In this document: one piece after another, positions 38,701-52,611 of the stretch
How positions within the stretch are numbered: position 1 is the stretch's first letter
How the letters are laid out: every line of letters starts with the position of its first letter
Source: Octopus vulgaris
Taxonomy: Eukaryota
Assembly (NCBI GenBank): GCA_951406725.2
Contig: OX597815.1
Coordinates: 86,738,001 to 86,802,000 of the forward strand
Direction: 5' to 3'
Length of the DNA stretch: 64,000 bases
Notes under the pieces: generated by a model
Seen by the model: only the letters and a program-made list of their open reading frames with translations
Told to the model about the DNA's origin: nothing
The model's database searches: none
Translations under genes and position numbers: made by a program

Positions 38701-41700
38701 AACCTGAAGCTCACAATCATATATTTTGCTTCCAGGGGTTCAGCTTTTCATTGTCAAACATTTTTTGTTATTTTCGAAATAGCATAGAAAGCAGTGCGCA
38801 TACTTTATTCTGTTGGAATTGTTCTGACCGAGAACAGATACCTTAGAGTAGGAACAACTCACCATGTAAACAGAGGCACAAAGTGACAAATGTTTCGCTA
38901 ATTTTCAGCAATAAATTCAACTACTCTTCTCTGTTTATGTAAAAAGGGCAGCTACTTACTAAATTTGCTAAGTGCAGGTTCACTATATGACGAGTTAGTG
39001 GGTTAAGGCAATCCCTATTGTTAGTTTCGAATGAAATCAATCCCATGTGCATATTTGTGAAAATAAAGATTGTTTGTTCGTGTACAAAAGTGAGAAGGTG
39101 TTTTTACTATGACAATTGTGTATTATAGCAACTGTGAATGTGTGTTTGTGCACATTTTTAGGTGTTTGTGTAAAAGTGATGCTACATGTTGTTTTAATTT
39201 TTTTGAAATCGCTGCTCTATGCGTACATGTTTGTGTGCGTGTGTGTATTCGTGTATGTGCGTTTTAGTGAAACAATATATACGCGTGATTGCTGAGAGCG
39301 ACTGCTTATGTGTGTATTAGTATGGATAAGAAAAGGTATGACTCCTTATATCCTAGTGTTAGTCTTAGAATATGTGTAACTAGATTTGAATCTATGTGTA
39401 TGAAAGTTTTATTATGTGTGAGGGTGACTGATGAGTATTTCTTGTAATTATAAACTTTCGCTATTTCACGATTTCCTTCTATGTTTTGACAGTTTTATCT
39501 GTAATATACTTCCATCCTTCTTCGTTGGAAAATATTGGCGTAGAAGTTATGGAAGTCATATTTTTTTATACAAACGGTAGTTTTCTTTTTTTCTTTCATT
39601 GAGTAAAAGCCGCATACATAGATATATGAAATGTATTTAACTATAACACCGTTCATGTTCTTCAAAAAAAAAGTTCCGTTCTGTCTGACTTCTTCACCAA
39701 CTGGCAACTACTACACTGAAAAAAGCATAGTCATAGTAAGTGAAAACATCCTGTATATTTCAATAAAGCACCTAACAATTTTGCATGTGACATAGACGAA
39801 TACCTTCTAAAATTCGACATGATTGAGAAGACTACATTTATCTACATTGAAGCCTTAACGCTTTAGAAGGATTTACCTAACAGAAATATTTTATGCGAGA
39901 GTTATTTACTATAATTGAAATAACTAAGGATAAACAAATAGTTGGAGAAAATAATGGTATTTATTATTATCATCATCACATTAACGGGTATGAGAACATG
40001 AGAGTAGAAGAGTAAGAGAGGAAGAAAAGGAAGTCGAGGACAGGACAAGAAGAGGGAAATGGGGAAACAAAGGAGAGAAGAAGAAATGACACCTTCTTAT
40101 TCTTAAACATACAATAGAAGCAAAAACTGATTTTTCTCTTTCCGTTCGTGAGAAATTAATTCTATCTACAATCTATATTAAGTTGTTTTGTCTCTTATAT
40201 TTCTCATACAATTATCGCTTTCGCTTCCTTTGAAGAATACAGCTTGATAGCATATTTTTACCATTTCAATAATAGTAAATAATGATCTATTTTTAATAGG
40301 CGGTGTTATTTCGCGGGAGCCATAGATGTACATGATAGTTGCTGCTTAAAGGAATCACGAACAACTAAGTGTATAGAGTAATTAACAAGTAGCTTACAAA
40401 TGCTTACTAATCAGTAGTTATTTCCTTTCAACACCGCTGTATTGTGTGATTGGTCAATACACTTATTTTCCAATAGCCTTATTACCCCCTCGTTTTAAAG
40501 AGATAGCATAAATGGAATGGCTCATTGTCGAACATCGTAGTAGCATATATTTAGCGTTTGGTTTGCTCACAAAAATGTCTATCCAAGTCCTTCAACTTCT
40601 GTGATAGATGTATGTATCTCAGAGGTGAATGGGATCTGATCCGCTGTAATTAAGTATCCACTACATAGACGATCGAGAGATTAAGTTCGTCGTTGGATAA
40701 AATACATAGTATGATCATGCTAAATACGTAGTATAATAAAATACATTCCAACAATGACAATGTTATCTGCAGTTGTATTATTCTGATATCTTAATATGAC
40801 TGCTTTTAAGACGGTAGTGTTTGATTTGAGGGAGATTTAGCTATTGATTATAACATATTCAACGACTACGCAAATACTTTCTCAGCTGGTCGCGACTTTT
40901 AGGTTTTTAATAGTGTGTGAGATTATGCAGTCAAAAATTTTCTTGATATGTGGAACCATTGCTTCACCGTCGTAGAATGCTATGTAATATACCAAATGGA
41001 TAACACATATATGTAGCAAATGAAAGAGAAGTAAAGAAGGGCATTATCGGAGCAGGAATATGTCAAAGTAGAAAGGACTAAAAATGTAAATGTATAATTA
41101 TGATCAGAAAGACATATTTTAATCTGGCCAGTATAGAATATCCGACTAGCATATCATCAAACTTTCAACACGTGCGATATTCCGGCTTGATATTATATGT
41201 TTAGTAATATCACTTATTTGGGTGATCCTATTCCTGAACCGCAATTATCAGGTTCTTCGTCATTCAAAGATACGCTTTGGGCTTTGGCTATCTCTTTTGC
41301 TTCTACTGTTTCGATTACTATTTTAGTGGACTCTGTTCCTTTGAACTGGCAGATATCATGCCATCTTCACACAGGCACCTCTGCCCTATTCGCCTCTCTT
41401 CTTATTACCTTTGTTGTGTTCGGCTCCCCCGGTCTTTCACTAACCGCTATATTTAGTCTTTCCTTTCGAGAATGTCGGCCCGTAGGAATCTCTTATCAGC
41501 TCATCTTTTTCACGTGTATTGTCTTTAAAAGATTCGAAAAAGAACATTAATGGCATGAATCACATCGGTTTAGGAAGACCAGCAAAGGACCTAGGCGCAC
41601 CCCTTTCTATAGACACAGCATGTAAATAGTGCATACATACACACATGCACGTATGCATGTATGCATGTCTGTTTGCATGTATGCATATATGCGTGTGGAG

Positions 41701-42654
41701 TCTCATACAATGTAATAAAGAGAATGTAAACAGGAAATCCCATATAAGAAACAGAATAAAAATATATCGAGTGTAACATTTTGCAACAATTTGCTTTCAT
41801 CATCTCAATAACTAAAAGAATAATATTCTTTAACATGATGATATTAAATCGAAACTGTTTCTAAAGTTTGTTCGGTGGCGAATAAATGAAGTTGAGAGCA
41901 GATGTGATGGTTTAAAAAACGTGTCGATAGCCAAGAACATGTTCATATCTTCTTATGTTTACTAGATGGTTTAGATATGACAGACAAAAAGAATTCTTTT
42001 TCTTTTCCTTCACAATGATGGTTTTTCCCATGGTGAACCGCTGCAGCCTCTACACTTGTTCTACCAGAACCATATACTGTCTATTAATCTATCTACCTAC
42101 CTACTTATCATTTTGTCCTTTGTTCGGCACCTCTCTCCCTCTCCATCCCGCTAACCCTGGCTTTTTCTCTATTTCTCTGTCCTTATAAACACACTGGAAA
42201 ACTCTACACAGTACACCACGTGTGTTTTGAAAATTTCAATTTTACGACTGTAAATCACATGACAGTCTTCTAATTTCTTTGTATTTACTTTTGGATCTTT
42301 AATTTCTTTAAACTATCATATGCTAGAGCATCTTCTCTATGGTTTAAATCTGTCTTACCCATCACAGTGAAATCCGTTCCTCAACATTGATCTTCAATAT
42401 CTGATGGATCTGTTTTCTGTGTCGGCTCTTCTGTATTTTCTGTGAAATACCTTTGTTATTATTTATGTTGAATATAAGGCGGTGAGCTGGCAGAATTGTT
42501 AGTACATCAATGAAAATGCTTGGCAAAGATGCGATGAATAAGAAAATATAGAATATAATTCAGTTTGGCATTTTTTGTGTTGAAACGCCGAGATTGTCAT
42601 AAATTATTTAGTTAAGGTATCTTTAGACATCACATAAGTGTTCCCTAATATTCA

Positions 42655-42820
42655 CATTAAGGGCCTAAAGTAACGTTTTTAAGGGAGGGGCCAAGTCGAT
42701 TACATCGACCCCAATTCTCAACTGATATCTATTTTGTCAACCCTGAAATGATGAAAGATAAAGACAACCTCGGCGGAATTTGAACTCAGAACGTATGGAC
42801 TGACGAAATACTGCTGATCT
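42655..42820 (-). mobile_element. SINE family B, partial (a plus-strand head fragment lies at 42476-42525)
   Basis: GTCGATTACATCGACCCC...AACCTCGGCGGAATTTGAACTCAGAACGT. Confidence 0.8.
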
Positions 42821-45639
42821 GTCGTCCAGCCAACACTCGTAAATTAACTTCTTGAAGCTTAAAAATACTATTGGATGTATTGCGGTGATGTCTCAAGGTG
42901 ACGTAAAACTCTGTTGGATCGCATAAAGATGATCTCTAAACGTTTCCTCTTGAGAATTTGCCTGTCTCTCAGAATACCATGATGTTTTTAAATTAACAGT
43001 AGGAAATATTACATAACAGATTTACGGTATTCAGAATTTCTGAGTGAGTAAATTTTGTTTTTCTCCCCGATATTGTGACGCCAGTCTATTTCTCATAGTT
43101 CAACTTTAATTTCAGACTTATATTGGAATTTTGATATTTCGAATTTAGAGCCGTTTTCATTGGCTTACATCGAAAATTCTATGATTTATTGTCCTTATTA
43201 GAAGAGTCTACTTTCAAAGTTAAACCAAAATAACTTGATACATTTGTATTTATGAATAATAGGAAAAGGTTGTTGACCAGATAATAATATGGAATGCGTG
43301 TTTTTTAATAAATATGTAAAGCCCTAAAGTTAACTTCGAGCTTAATTAAAAATATGGATATTTATACTCAACGAACACAAGAAGGGAAAGTAGAAGACTA
43401 CTTCTCCTTCACAGTGCTAACTGATCTAGTTTGCCAAACCTTGTTGTTCACCACAAATTAGATTCTTTATAGCAGCTTGTTCGGGACTTCACTTGTTGTG
43501 CATACAAATCGTATTAAGAAAGATTAATAATTGGTTTCCTCTTCATGTGGGCGATACAATATGAAACAGTAATATATAAACATCTGTTAAGACAATTATA
43601 GACCTACAGACCCTTACAAAGACTGTACATTCTATCTTGTCGAAAGAAAATATTTAAAGTGCATGTGCTGTTGAGATAACATACATATATTTCAGATAAT
43701 TTACAGCAGCAAACATTTATAATCGCCTGATTTAACCTATTATCAAAATGCTAAATTTGTACAGTTTAACGTTTGATACTTTCAAATATTATTATACCAG
43801 ATACCTTTCATCTCAATAGGATCGATGGAATAAATACAAGTAATATAATGAAGTAAAAATCAATCGATTATATGACCTGTCTTCACGGAAATTAGTTTGT
43901 ACCAAGCTTAGAGAAATCTATATTTCAGTAATTATGGAAATTATCCTTATTTAAATTGTTATTGTCCTAGCAATCATTTAACAATTATTCACACTTCGTT
44001 AGATTTCCAAAATTATAGTAATGAAAATTTTAAGATGTTTACAAAACACATCAATAGTTTATATATCTTTTAGACAAAGTATATTTATGCAAATTCTTCT
44101 GTAAGCACAAACAATGAATGCTTGTTATTTCACTTTAAGTATCTGGTAGCTATTCATCTTAACTGTCATTAACTATTCAACACCCGGTTTCATTCATTAC
44201 CTGTAAATTAATCAGCTATTTCTCGTGAATAAAAGCACATTTATATAAAATAGAAGCCTTTTAACATTCACATATTGCACAAACAATATAAAATACATAA
44301 ACAAAAAACAAAATTATGAACCGATGAATCTAAAACAAAACCAAACAGCACAATGTAATTCACAGTTTTAATATTTGAATGATTATTCCACACGTCATAA
44401 TAGCAATACCACCATCATATTTGATATCTTTTGTGCAATAGCACGTTAAGCACAATCCATCATTTCAGAGAATAATAACCTCTTGGTGAAACCAGTGAAT
44501 GAAAGAAAATATTTAATGAAAACTGGATAGAAATCCGAGAGAGAAGGTAATGATGCTTCACAAATATGATTATATAAAATAATTAACATTTTGAAACTGC
44601 TTTTAAATAAAATCACATTTCTTGAGTAAAAATAATGAGAAAGGAAACGATTATCTCAGGATGGTTTTGAATTTTGTCTGAAAAGTGTCTATATTGAATA
44701 ATCTCCCACTTATTTAATGTAATTGATAGACAGAAACCATATGGTCTTTCATGAGGGAGGCTGTGCCTTCCTTGGGTAATCACAAACACACATACACTAG
44801 CATGTTTGTATATATAGACATAAAATGCGTGCATAAATGTAACATAGATGCATATCCACACATACACCTTTTAAACATGCGTATACTTATATGATGAAGC
44901 TATATACGCATGAGTCTTCTCTCTTTCTACATCACCGCTTCCATGGACGACACATAGGTGGCTTCCATAATAAACTATGTTTTCTTCATGGAATTTTCGT
45001 GGTTGAACGCATACTAGGTTTCTTGTAACCTCTATTTTCATCTAATTTATTTTATTTCATAAGGCATTGTCTTATCGGCTGGACAAATCGTGTGTCACAC
45101 TTGTCTGTGTAAAACGGTTAAACCCCTTGGATTTATTTAGCCGCATCAAAGACAAGAGGAATTTCATCCAATGCTCAACAAACTACACCAATCCACTACT
45201 CTAGATTGGAATATCATAAAATCGACCCGGAAAGAGAAACGGCTAAGTTGACCTCAGTAGTTGAAATCAGAACTTTAAGATCTGAAACAGATACTGTAAT
45301 GGTTATCTCCTTTATTAGTTTATAACTAATAAATCAAAGCTGATTGAATATAAATGAATAACATTTATACACCAAATTGAAACATTATTTAAGATTTTAA
45401 TCCGAGTATGAGGGTAGAAATGACTTAGCAGACTTCTTACTAAATTTGGATGAAGTACCATTCGTGACGAAGTTCATGATAGTCTTTTTAGTGCACAAAG
45501 CCAAGTTGTTATGGAAGAGATAGCAAATTGTTGATGGATGAGGTCGTGCTAATTTATACAAAAATTAGACTTTATTTATTTTATTCAAGCCACAGCATTT
45601 TTTCACAAACCGTATGATTGACAAGTTCGCTTTGCAATA

Positions 45640-45766
45640 ACGTGATTTCGGGTTCACTCCAACTGCGCGGCACCTTACAAAAGTGACTTCCACTACAGAC
45701 TCGGGACGACCAATACCTTGTAAGTCAATATTGTGAACAGAAGCTGGAAGTCTGTCGTGTGTGTGT
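45640..45766 (+). mobile_element. SINE family A 5' half (probable 3' half at 47820-48006)
   Basis: TTCGGGTTCACTCCAACTGCGCGGCACCTT...GACTCGGGACGACC...GAAGTCTGTCGTGTGTG ends exactly at the family's internal microsatellite. Confidence 0.75.
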
Positions 45767-45767
45767 A

Positions 45768-46135
45768 TCTATTATATAAAACCCGTTCTGTCTGTCTGTG
45801 TGTGTGTCTTCTTGGATCTCGGGCATCCTCCATCCGATTGCGCTCAAATTGGATATGTAGATACCGACGGTATCAGGGCGTGTATGAGTCTTGGACAAAT
45901 TACAAAAATCGATTCCAGGTGAGAATGCGATCGATAAAGTGAATAAAATCGTTTTTCTTTGGAATAGAAAAAAACCCTATCTTTATTTCTCCTTTTGCTG
46001 GTGTCTCAAATTTAGGTTAAATCAGTGTTTCTCAAAGGGGAGGCCTATAGGACGGTCTGACAAGTTGTTTTCAGAAAATTTGGTTTAAATATTTGACAAC
46101 TCAGCACTGTCCATTGGACAGGGGGCGTTTTACTC

Positions 46136-46136
<1 letters not shown>
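45768..46136 (+). mobile_element. Non-autonomous Helitron-like element
   Basis: 5' A|TCTATTATATAAAA followed by (GTCT)n and CCGATT; 3' hairpin CTGTCC-ATT-GGACAG (46107-46121) 11 nt before a CTCG|T end (CTAG variant). Confidence 0.65.
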
Positions 46137-46184
<48 letters not shown>

Positions 46185-46187
<3 letters not shown>

Positions 46188-47427
46188 GAGGGTGTACACA
46201 AAAGCAACTGGAAATGTTCTCTGTGGGGCAAGCCCTCGTTGTAGATCAGGCTTCTACCGATAAAAGTCACTTGATACGACCCTCGGGCATCAGGCTTCCA
46301 ACTGGTGCCGTCGAGGGAAGTCATGCTGCCACGTAGTGCATCTTTGTTTTGCAGTGCTTCACCCCTGTTCGTCAATTTTTGCGATGGCTGAAACGAAGGA
46401 ACATCGTGCTGGGGGAAAACGATGGCCAAAACAGTGGTCTCGCTTCAAACAGCTTACAAAGATGATGCAATGAGCAAAAGACAAGTTTACGATTGGTTTT
46501 CACGCTTTAGGAATGGTCATTTGTCGATTGAAAACCCACCTCATTCAGGGCGACCGTCGACATCCCGACCAAATGAAAACATCACGAAAATTAATGAACC
46601 AACCGATCTTGGAGGACCATCGCCGAACAATTGGCGAACTTGTTAATAAGACTGGTATATCCTAAAACGGACACACCAGCGAATTTTGAGCGAGGAATTG
46701 TGAATAAAAAGAATTGCAGCAAAATTTGTGTCTCGCTTGCACACGGAAGATCAAGAGCCGTCACGACTGTATGCGTGTAGTGAACTGAAACAACATTTGG
46801 GAGTCGATCCGAACCTTTTCCGAAAGTCATCACTGGTGACGAAAGCTGGCGCTACGGCTACGACCCAGAAATGAAGCAGCAGTCAATGGAAGCATTCAAT
46901 GTTAACATGTCCCGCAAAAGCGCGTCAAGTGAAGTCCAATGTCAAGACATTGTTCCATCGTTGCGAAAGGAATTTTCCACATAGAATTTGTTCCTCCTGA
47001 TCAAACTGCTAACCAGACATTTAACAGTTCTGAAGCGTTTGCGAGACGCAGTTAAACGAAAAGGCTCCGACTAGTGGCAAAGTGGAGAGTGGTGGTTTCG
47101 TCAAGACAATGCGCCTGCGCACACCGCCTTGAGCGTAAAGCAGTTTTCGCCAAAAATAACATGACCTACTCTCTCTATTCGCCCGATCCTGCTCACTGCG
47201 ACTTTTTCCTGTTCCTCCGAATGAAAACAGGTGTCGAAGAGGTGAAGAAAGAAACGACGCAGGCATTAAAAGGCATCACTTCGCAGGAGCTTCGAACAGT
47301 GGAAAATGCGTTTGGACCGATGCATTGCTTCAAATGGAGAATACTTTGAATGTGTTAAACGTATAAACATGTAAAACTAAGTGAATAAAATATTACAAAT
47401 TTCTGGCTTCTTTTGGGTACACGTCGT
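46185..47427 (+). mobile_element. Near full-length degenerate mariner (DD34D-type) inserted in (TA)n
   Basis: Termini TACGAGGGTGTACACAAAAG / (reverse complement) ACGACGTGTACCCAAAAG; MSKRQVYDWFSRFRNG..HSGRPSTS, ITGDESWRYGYDPEMKQQS, QDNAPAH, YSPDPAHCDFFLF; multiple frameshifts. Confidence 0.9.
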
Positions 47428-47434
47428 GTGTGTG

Positions 47435-47745
47435 GATTGCACTTAGGAAGCCCCCCCCCCTGAGGCACAAGTCCAAGCAAGGCTGTTTATGGAAGACCAG
47501 CAGTCGCGCATACTTACCAGCCTCCCTTCTCCACGCTACCAATGTTATTTAAGGGAAAAGCAAAGGCCGATACAGCTTGCCACTAGTTATATCGCAACTC
47601 ATTTCTACAGTTCAGTGGACTGGAGCAACGTGAAATGATGCGTCTTGCTCAAGAACACAACACACAACCCACTCCAGGAATCGAACGCACTACCTCATAA
47701 CTGTGAGCCCGACAGCCTAATCACTGAACCATGTGCCTTCACGCA
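47435..47745 (-). mobile_element. CORE-type tRNA-derived SINE
   Basis: Minus head GGCACATGGTTCAGTGATTAGG...GTTCGATTCCTGG, then GTTGTGTTCTTGAGCAAGACGCATCATTTCACGTTGCTCCAGTCCACT. A related degenerate copy lies at 49560-49796 (-). Confidence 0.8.
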
Positions 47746-47747
47746 CG

Positions 47748-47793
<46 letters not shown>

Positions 47794-47819
47794 CACACAC
47801 ACGCACACACACACACGTA

Positions 47820-48006
47820 TATATTATTTGTGTATGTGTGTGACTTATGCTCTCCAGCCCTATTTGACAACCGGTGTTGGTTTGTTTACTTCGCGGTTTG
47901 GGAAGAGCATCAGACACAAAATAAGCACTGGAGTAGATTGTTTTGGTTACTCTACAAACAAAGCTCCAGCATGGTCACATTTAAATGACTGGGACAAGTA
48001 AAACAG
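47820..48006 (+). mobile_element. SINE family A 3' half
   Basis: TTGACAACCGGTGTTGGTTTGTTTAC...GCTCCAGCATGGTCAC...AATGACTGGGACAAGTAAAA. Confidence 0.7.
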
Positions 48007-49089
48007 TATGTGTAATATACTTCATTTAAAAATTACCCATTGCACCAAATTTTAAATATTACCCTGCGACCAGTTCGAAGCTCCAAGAAGCGTCAGTAAA
48101 GTCTACTTTACGAGTAATTCGTTCGCTTGCCGTCCTAGATTTAATTCCTGTCATGAGGAAAACAACATGCAATAGACCATCTGCCAGCCCAGAGGATGAA
48201 TTCACAATGAAACAGCAATAATTTCGTAAGATTTAAATGGTTATTATTCTAGCGCACAGACATGGATTAGTCAAGAAGAATTGTAACGGACTACATCAAC
48301 ATCGTTTCTGTTATTGGTATCGATCGATGCGAAACATTTATCTCTGCATAAGCTTTATCAGCATTAGAATTTGAATGACTTATGGAGTATTTCAAAACTG
48401 TAACATAAATATAACCTACACAGATTGCATATCAAAGAGAGAGTCGAGATTGTAATAGGTCTCGATGCTATATAGATACCATAACGGAGCTTCAAATGAG
48501 AGAAGGAGAAATAACACCAACAAACAAAACAAAGACGATAGCAATGACGACAATGGTGGCGACGATGGTGGCTGCGATGGTGACTTCAGCGGTACAACAA
48601 CCACGATTTTACCAATTTTATCAATTTAGTGTCGTAATATTAATTTAATACGTTGTAACGTTAGTTATCCTATGTGAATGTTTAGTCAATTATCTAGTGC
48701 TCAACATGATAATCAGGAAAAATATATAAAAAGAAAATGCTGTTAGAGATGTCAATTCAAAATATAGATTTTAAACCGTATGTGCCTTACTATTTCAATA
48801 AATAAAGGATGTATATTTACTAAAGTAATATTTTCATGAAATTTTACGACCAAATATAGAATTCTGACTATGGACATAAACATAGCTTTTATCAAAGCTG
48901 GTATAAACACGTATTTCACCTCATTTATCATTATAATGCTGTTCGTATGTGAATTTATGCTTCTGAAGTTTGCACATAAAGACTCTTCCACAGTCAGCGC
49001 ATCATATTGCTGCAGTCATACGATGACGATTCTTTACGTTTACTCCCAAAAGTGACAGTAAAGGTGAGGAAACGTCTTCATCTATACGT

Positions 49090-49188
<99 letters not shown>

Positions 49189-49954
49189 CGTGTGAACGAA
49201 CTATTACAGAACATCCCTGCTCGGCATAACCTCTCGTGCTCATTCTAAAACTTTATCACTTTGTAATTGCACTTTCAACATGAAGCGAAAGTGCAGTATA
49301 TGTTTTTTATCACCCTTATATCTGAATCGGTCCCTATTCGGGGCCATGAATTGATGTTTAGAACAGGGCAAAGCGTTAGAGGCTCGCGCCGTTTTTACCA
49401 TGGATTGCTCTGGTATTGCAATACTTCAAGGAAGATAAATAGAAAATCATGGCGGTGTTCTATTATGATTGCAGTTCAATGACTGAAACAAGTAAGACAC
49501 ATACACACACACACACACACATATACACACGTGACTATTAGATGTCACTAATTAGACTGCACTTCCCCATATTGCTGTAGCTATTGAATAATGCCACCCT
49601 GCTGGTTAGGTGAGCAGGCCGATATTCTCTTTGAAAGGAACAGAACACTAGTCTATCGCAAAGGTACCCTTTTACATGTGAGGGTACTGGAGCAACGTGA
49701 AATTACGTGATTTGTTCGAGAACACAATATACCGCTGTTCACGGAATCTTGAGATCGTGAATGCAGCACCCTTGCAACCAGAGCACGAATCTTCACACAC
49801 GAACACACACACACACACACACACAAACACATACACACCCACAGACACACATACACACACAGCACATGCACATACATATACACGCGCACATCTACACACA
49901 CACATATGCACGCGCATCCCCTATACACACACAAACACACATATATGTGTGTGT

Positions 49955-50250
49955 ATGCAAGAGTGGCTTTGTGATAAGAAGTTTGCTTCCCAACCACATG
50001 GTTCCGGGTTCAGTCCCATTGCGTGGTGTTTGTCTGCATGTGTGTGTGTCACTACTGCTTGACTATCGATGTTAGTGTGCTTACGTCCCTGTAACTTAGC
50101 GGTTCGGTAAAACAGATCAATAGGACAAGTACCAGGCTTAACAAATAAAAAAAAATGTATTGGGGTCGATTCATTCGACTAAAATTCTTCAAGTCATTCG
50201 TCTAGTATGGCTGCAATCTAATGAGTGAAACAAGTGAAAGAATGGAAGAA
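49955..50250 (+). mobile_element. SINE family A, internally deleted
   Basis: GAGTGGCTTTGTGATAAG...CCGGGTTCAGTCCC...GTAACTTAGCGGTTCGG...GAAACAAGTGAAAG. Confidence 0.85.
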
Positions 50251-50254
50251 TATA

Positions 50255-50782
50255 TATTTATACTGATGAGACTACGGAAATAGCGGAAACTGACCAACCG
50301 ATATAAGGAATTCTCCACCGGTGTTTTCGGGCGATTACATTCCCTGTCACTATATATGTATACAAATATGTACTTTAACTACAGCATTAGAGCATTTTAC
50401 CTCTTGTTTCTAGCAATGTAGGTCTTCTAACACCCCTAGTAATATTTAGTGACAATTATAGTTTTCCTTTTGGTAACACATTGTGCACAGATGTCTGTAT
50501 TTATTTTTTGTACACACATTAGCAATTCGCAAACTCATCCATAGATTTTTAAGGTGAATACACATATACCGATAGAGAATTAAGTCTGGAATTAACTGAA
50601 TCGGGACGAGGACAGGGAAATAGCCGAAACTGACCGACCAGTATAAGGAACTCTGGGCTGACGTTTTCGGCCGATTAGAGTACCTGTCAGTTTATATGCC
50701 TTGACTACCGCATTAGAGCATTTTAGCTCTTATATCAAGCAATATAGGTATTCTAACATTGCTAATCATATTTAGTGACAAA

Positions 50783-50784
<2 letters not shown>
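50255..50784 (+). repeat. Tandem dimer, period 340 bp, each unit starting with a hammerhead-like motif
   Basis: GAAACTGACC at 50286 and 50626; CCTGTCA(C/G)T at 50343 and 50683; shared GCATTAGAGCATTTTA...TTCTAACA...ATATTTAGTGACAA downstream. Copy 1 has CUGAUGA (50263); copy 2 has intact stem III ACUGAC/GUCAGU. Confidence 0.7.
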
Positions 50785-50838
<54 letters not shown>

Positions 50839-51814
50839 TCTTCACTAGTGCTTCAAATACTCGTCTATTTTCTCTGTGTTTCTCAGTTTGTTTCCCTGTT
50901 ACATAGATTCTGTTTACCTTGATCTTTACTTTTGTTTCTAGTGTTCTTTTGAAGCCATTGTGCAGCACCTCTTCTTCCTCTGATTCATTTTGAACATCAA
51001 TTTCTTTATAGGATAAATCATCGTCCTCATTCCACAGTTTGAAGTCGATCAATTTCTCTGAGAATTTCTTTGCCTGTTTGACCTTCAATTGCCTGATGTA
51101 TATAGAAACGTCGTCGCCTCACTTCTTAAGTATTATCTTAATTCCCTCTCTTAAATTTCAATCAAAATTTACTTCCGACCCCTCTTTATTTACAAACGTC
51201 TCCCCATTACAAATACACTTTAACACCATAAGCAATTTTCTCTACTTCTCTCTCTCCCTCTCTCCCTCTCTTCCTTTTCTTCCCTCCCCCTCTCTCCTTT
51301 CTCCTCTCTCTCTCTCTCTCTCTCTCTTCCCTGCAGTTTATAAATGGAACTAGCTGCCAAGATATCGTTATATATGCAAGTCAGTGTCTGACTGATTTAA
51401 GCCCTCAGGAAAAGTGGTTCTATGAACAGTCTCTTACAAACACCTTACGCTCTGTCTCTAAAAAGCACATGTCATAGTGGGTTGGGTTTTCGTCTCATAT
51501 TCAGAAAGTCATTGGTTCACTTCTTGGCCGGGGCAAAGCGTTGTGTCCTTCGGCAAGGTACTTCATTTAACATTGCTTCATTCTACTCAGCTGTAATGAT
51601 TAGCTCACATGTAATGATGCAGCTCTTACTCCTATCCTCGATGCCTCCTATCCTCGACGTTCGCTTGAGTCAAGAAGGGGATGGTCTAGATTATGTCTAT
51701 GTCAGCTCATCACTATATAGGTACTTAAAACATCTGGCAAAGGCATAATAAATGTTACCACGCCATTTTAGATGACAAGTGATGACTGGCGGTGAAGGAA
51801 ATTCCGTAAAAAAT

Positions 51815-51853
51815 CATTCCTGATGAATCTGTAGCGAGATGAAAGCGCTGAAC
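51815..51853 (+). ncRNA. Degenerate minimal hammerhead motif
   Basis: CAUUC-CUGAUGA-AUCU-GUAGCG-AGAU-GAAA-GCGC-U-GAAC: perfect 4-bp stem II, palindromic AGCGCU stem III; cleavage-site nucleotide apparently missing. Confidence 0.5.
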
Positions 51854-52071
51854 AGATAATTCTCCAAAATTCTGACTACATCCTTTTTCCTAATATATAA
51901 AATCTGTATACTACTTCAAACAATCTACACACACACACAAATATAACGCAAGAAAGAGAAAATCAAAATGGTGAACGAAAGGAAAATTATATTAGAGAAC
52001 TCATATATGTGCCCAAAGGCATAGAGAGGTGTGTGTGTAAGAGAGAGAGAGAGAGTGAGAAAGCGTGTGTT

Positions 52072-52112
<41 letters not shown>

Positions 52113-52611
52113 CATGAAATTCAGTATGTGGAATTGATATTTTGGCAAATAACCATCATAATTAATATTGAGCAAGTAACATTGCGTATCTCAATTATTT
52201 TCTAGGATAAAAAAATTATGTAAATGGTTCATTCCAAATGTTCACAGAATTATCTGAATCTGCCTTAAGGGGATAGAGAATATAAATGCATAGCTGTAAT
52301 TGTTTTACATACAAGCATATCGTTTTACTTACATAAGAATCTATACACATAAAATTGCTGTAGAAAGAGACAACAAAATGTGTTTATCACGATTTTGCTC
52401 TCTGCTTAATACTAAATTTAGGCTGATTCCAAACATGGTAATAGTTTTTCTCTATCGTCAACCATTACCGACTTACAATTATAAATCTGATTCGTATTTT
52501 TAATTTTAAATCAGTTACAAAGTAGAAAATAGCCCTATCACCTCCATATCAAACAATCATGTTTTTCTATTTCAGATCGTTTTTTAGAATTGTGAATCAA
52601 CTTTATGGAAT

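Noticed and set aside
50762-51088. 108-aa charged ORF on the minus strand
   Set aside because: No ATG start, runs into (CA)n and has no recognisable domain; more likely a decayed retroelement.
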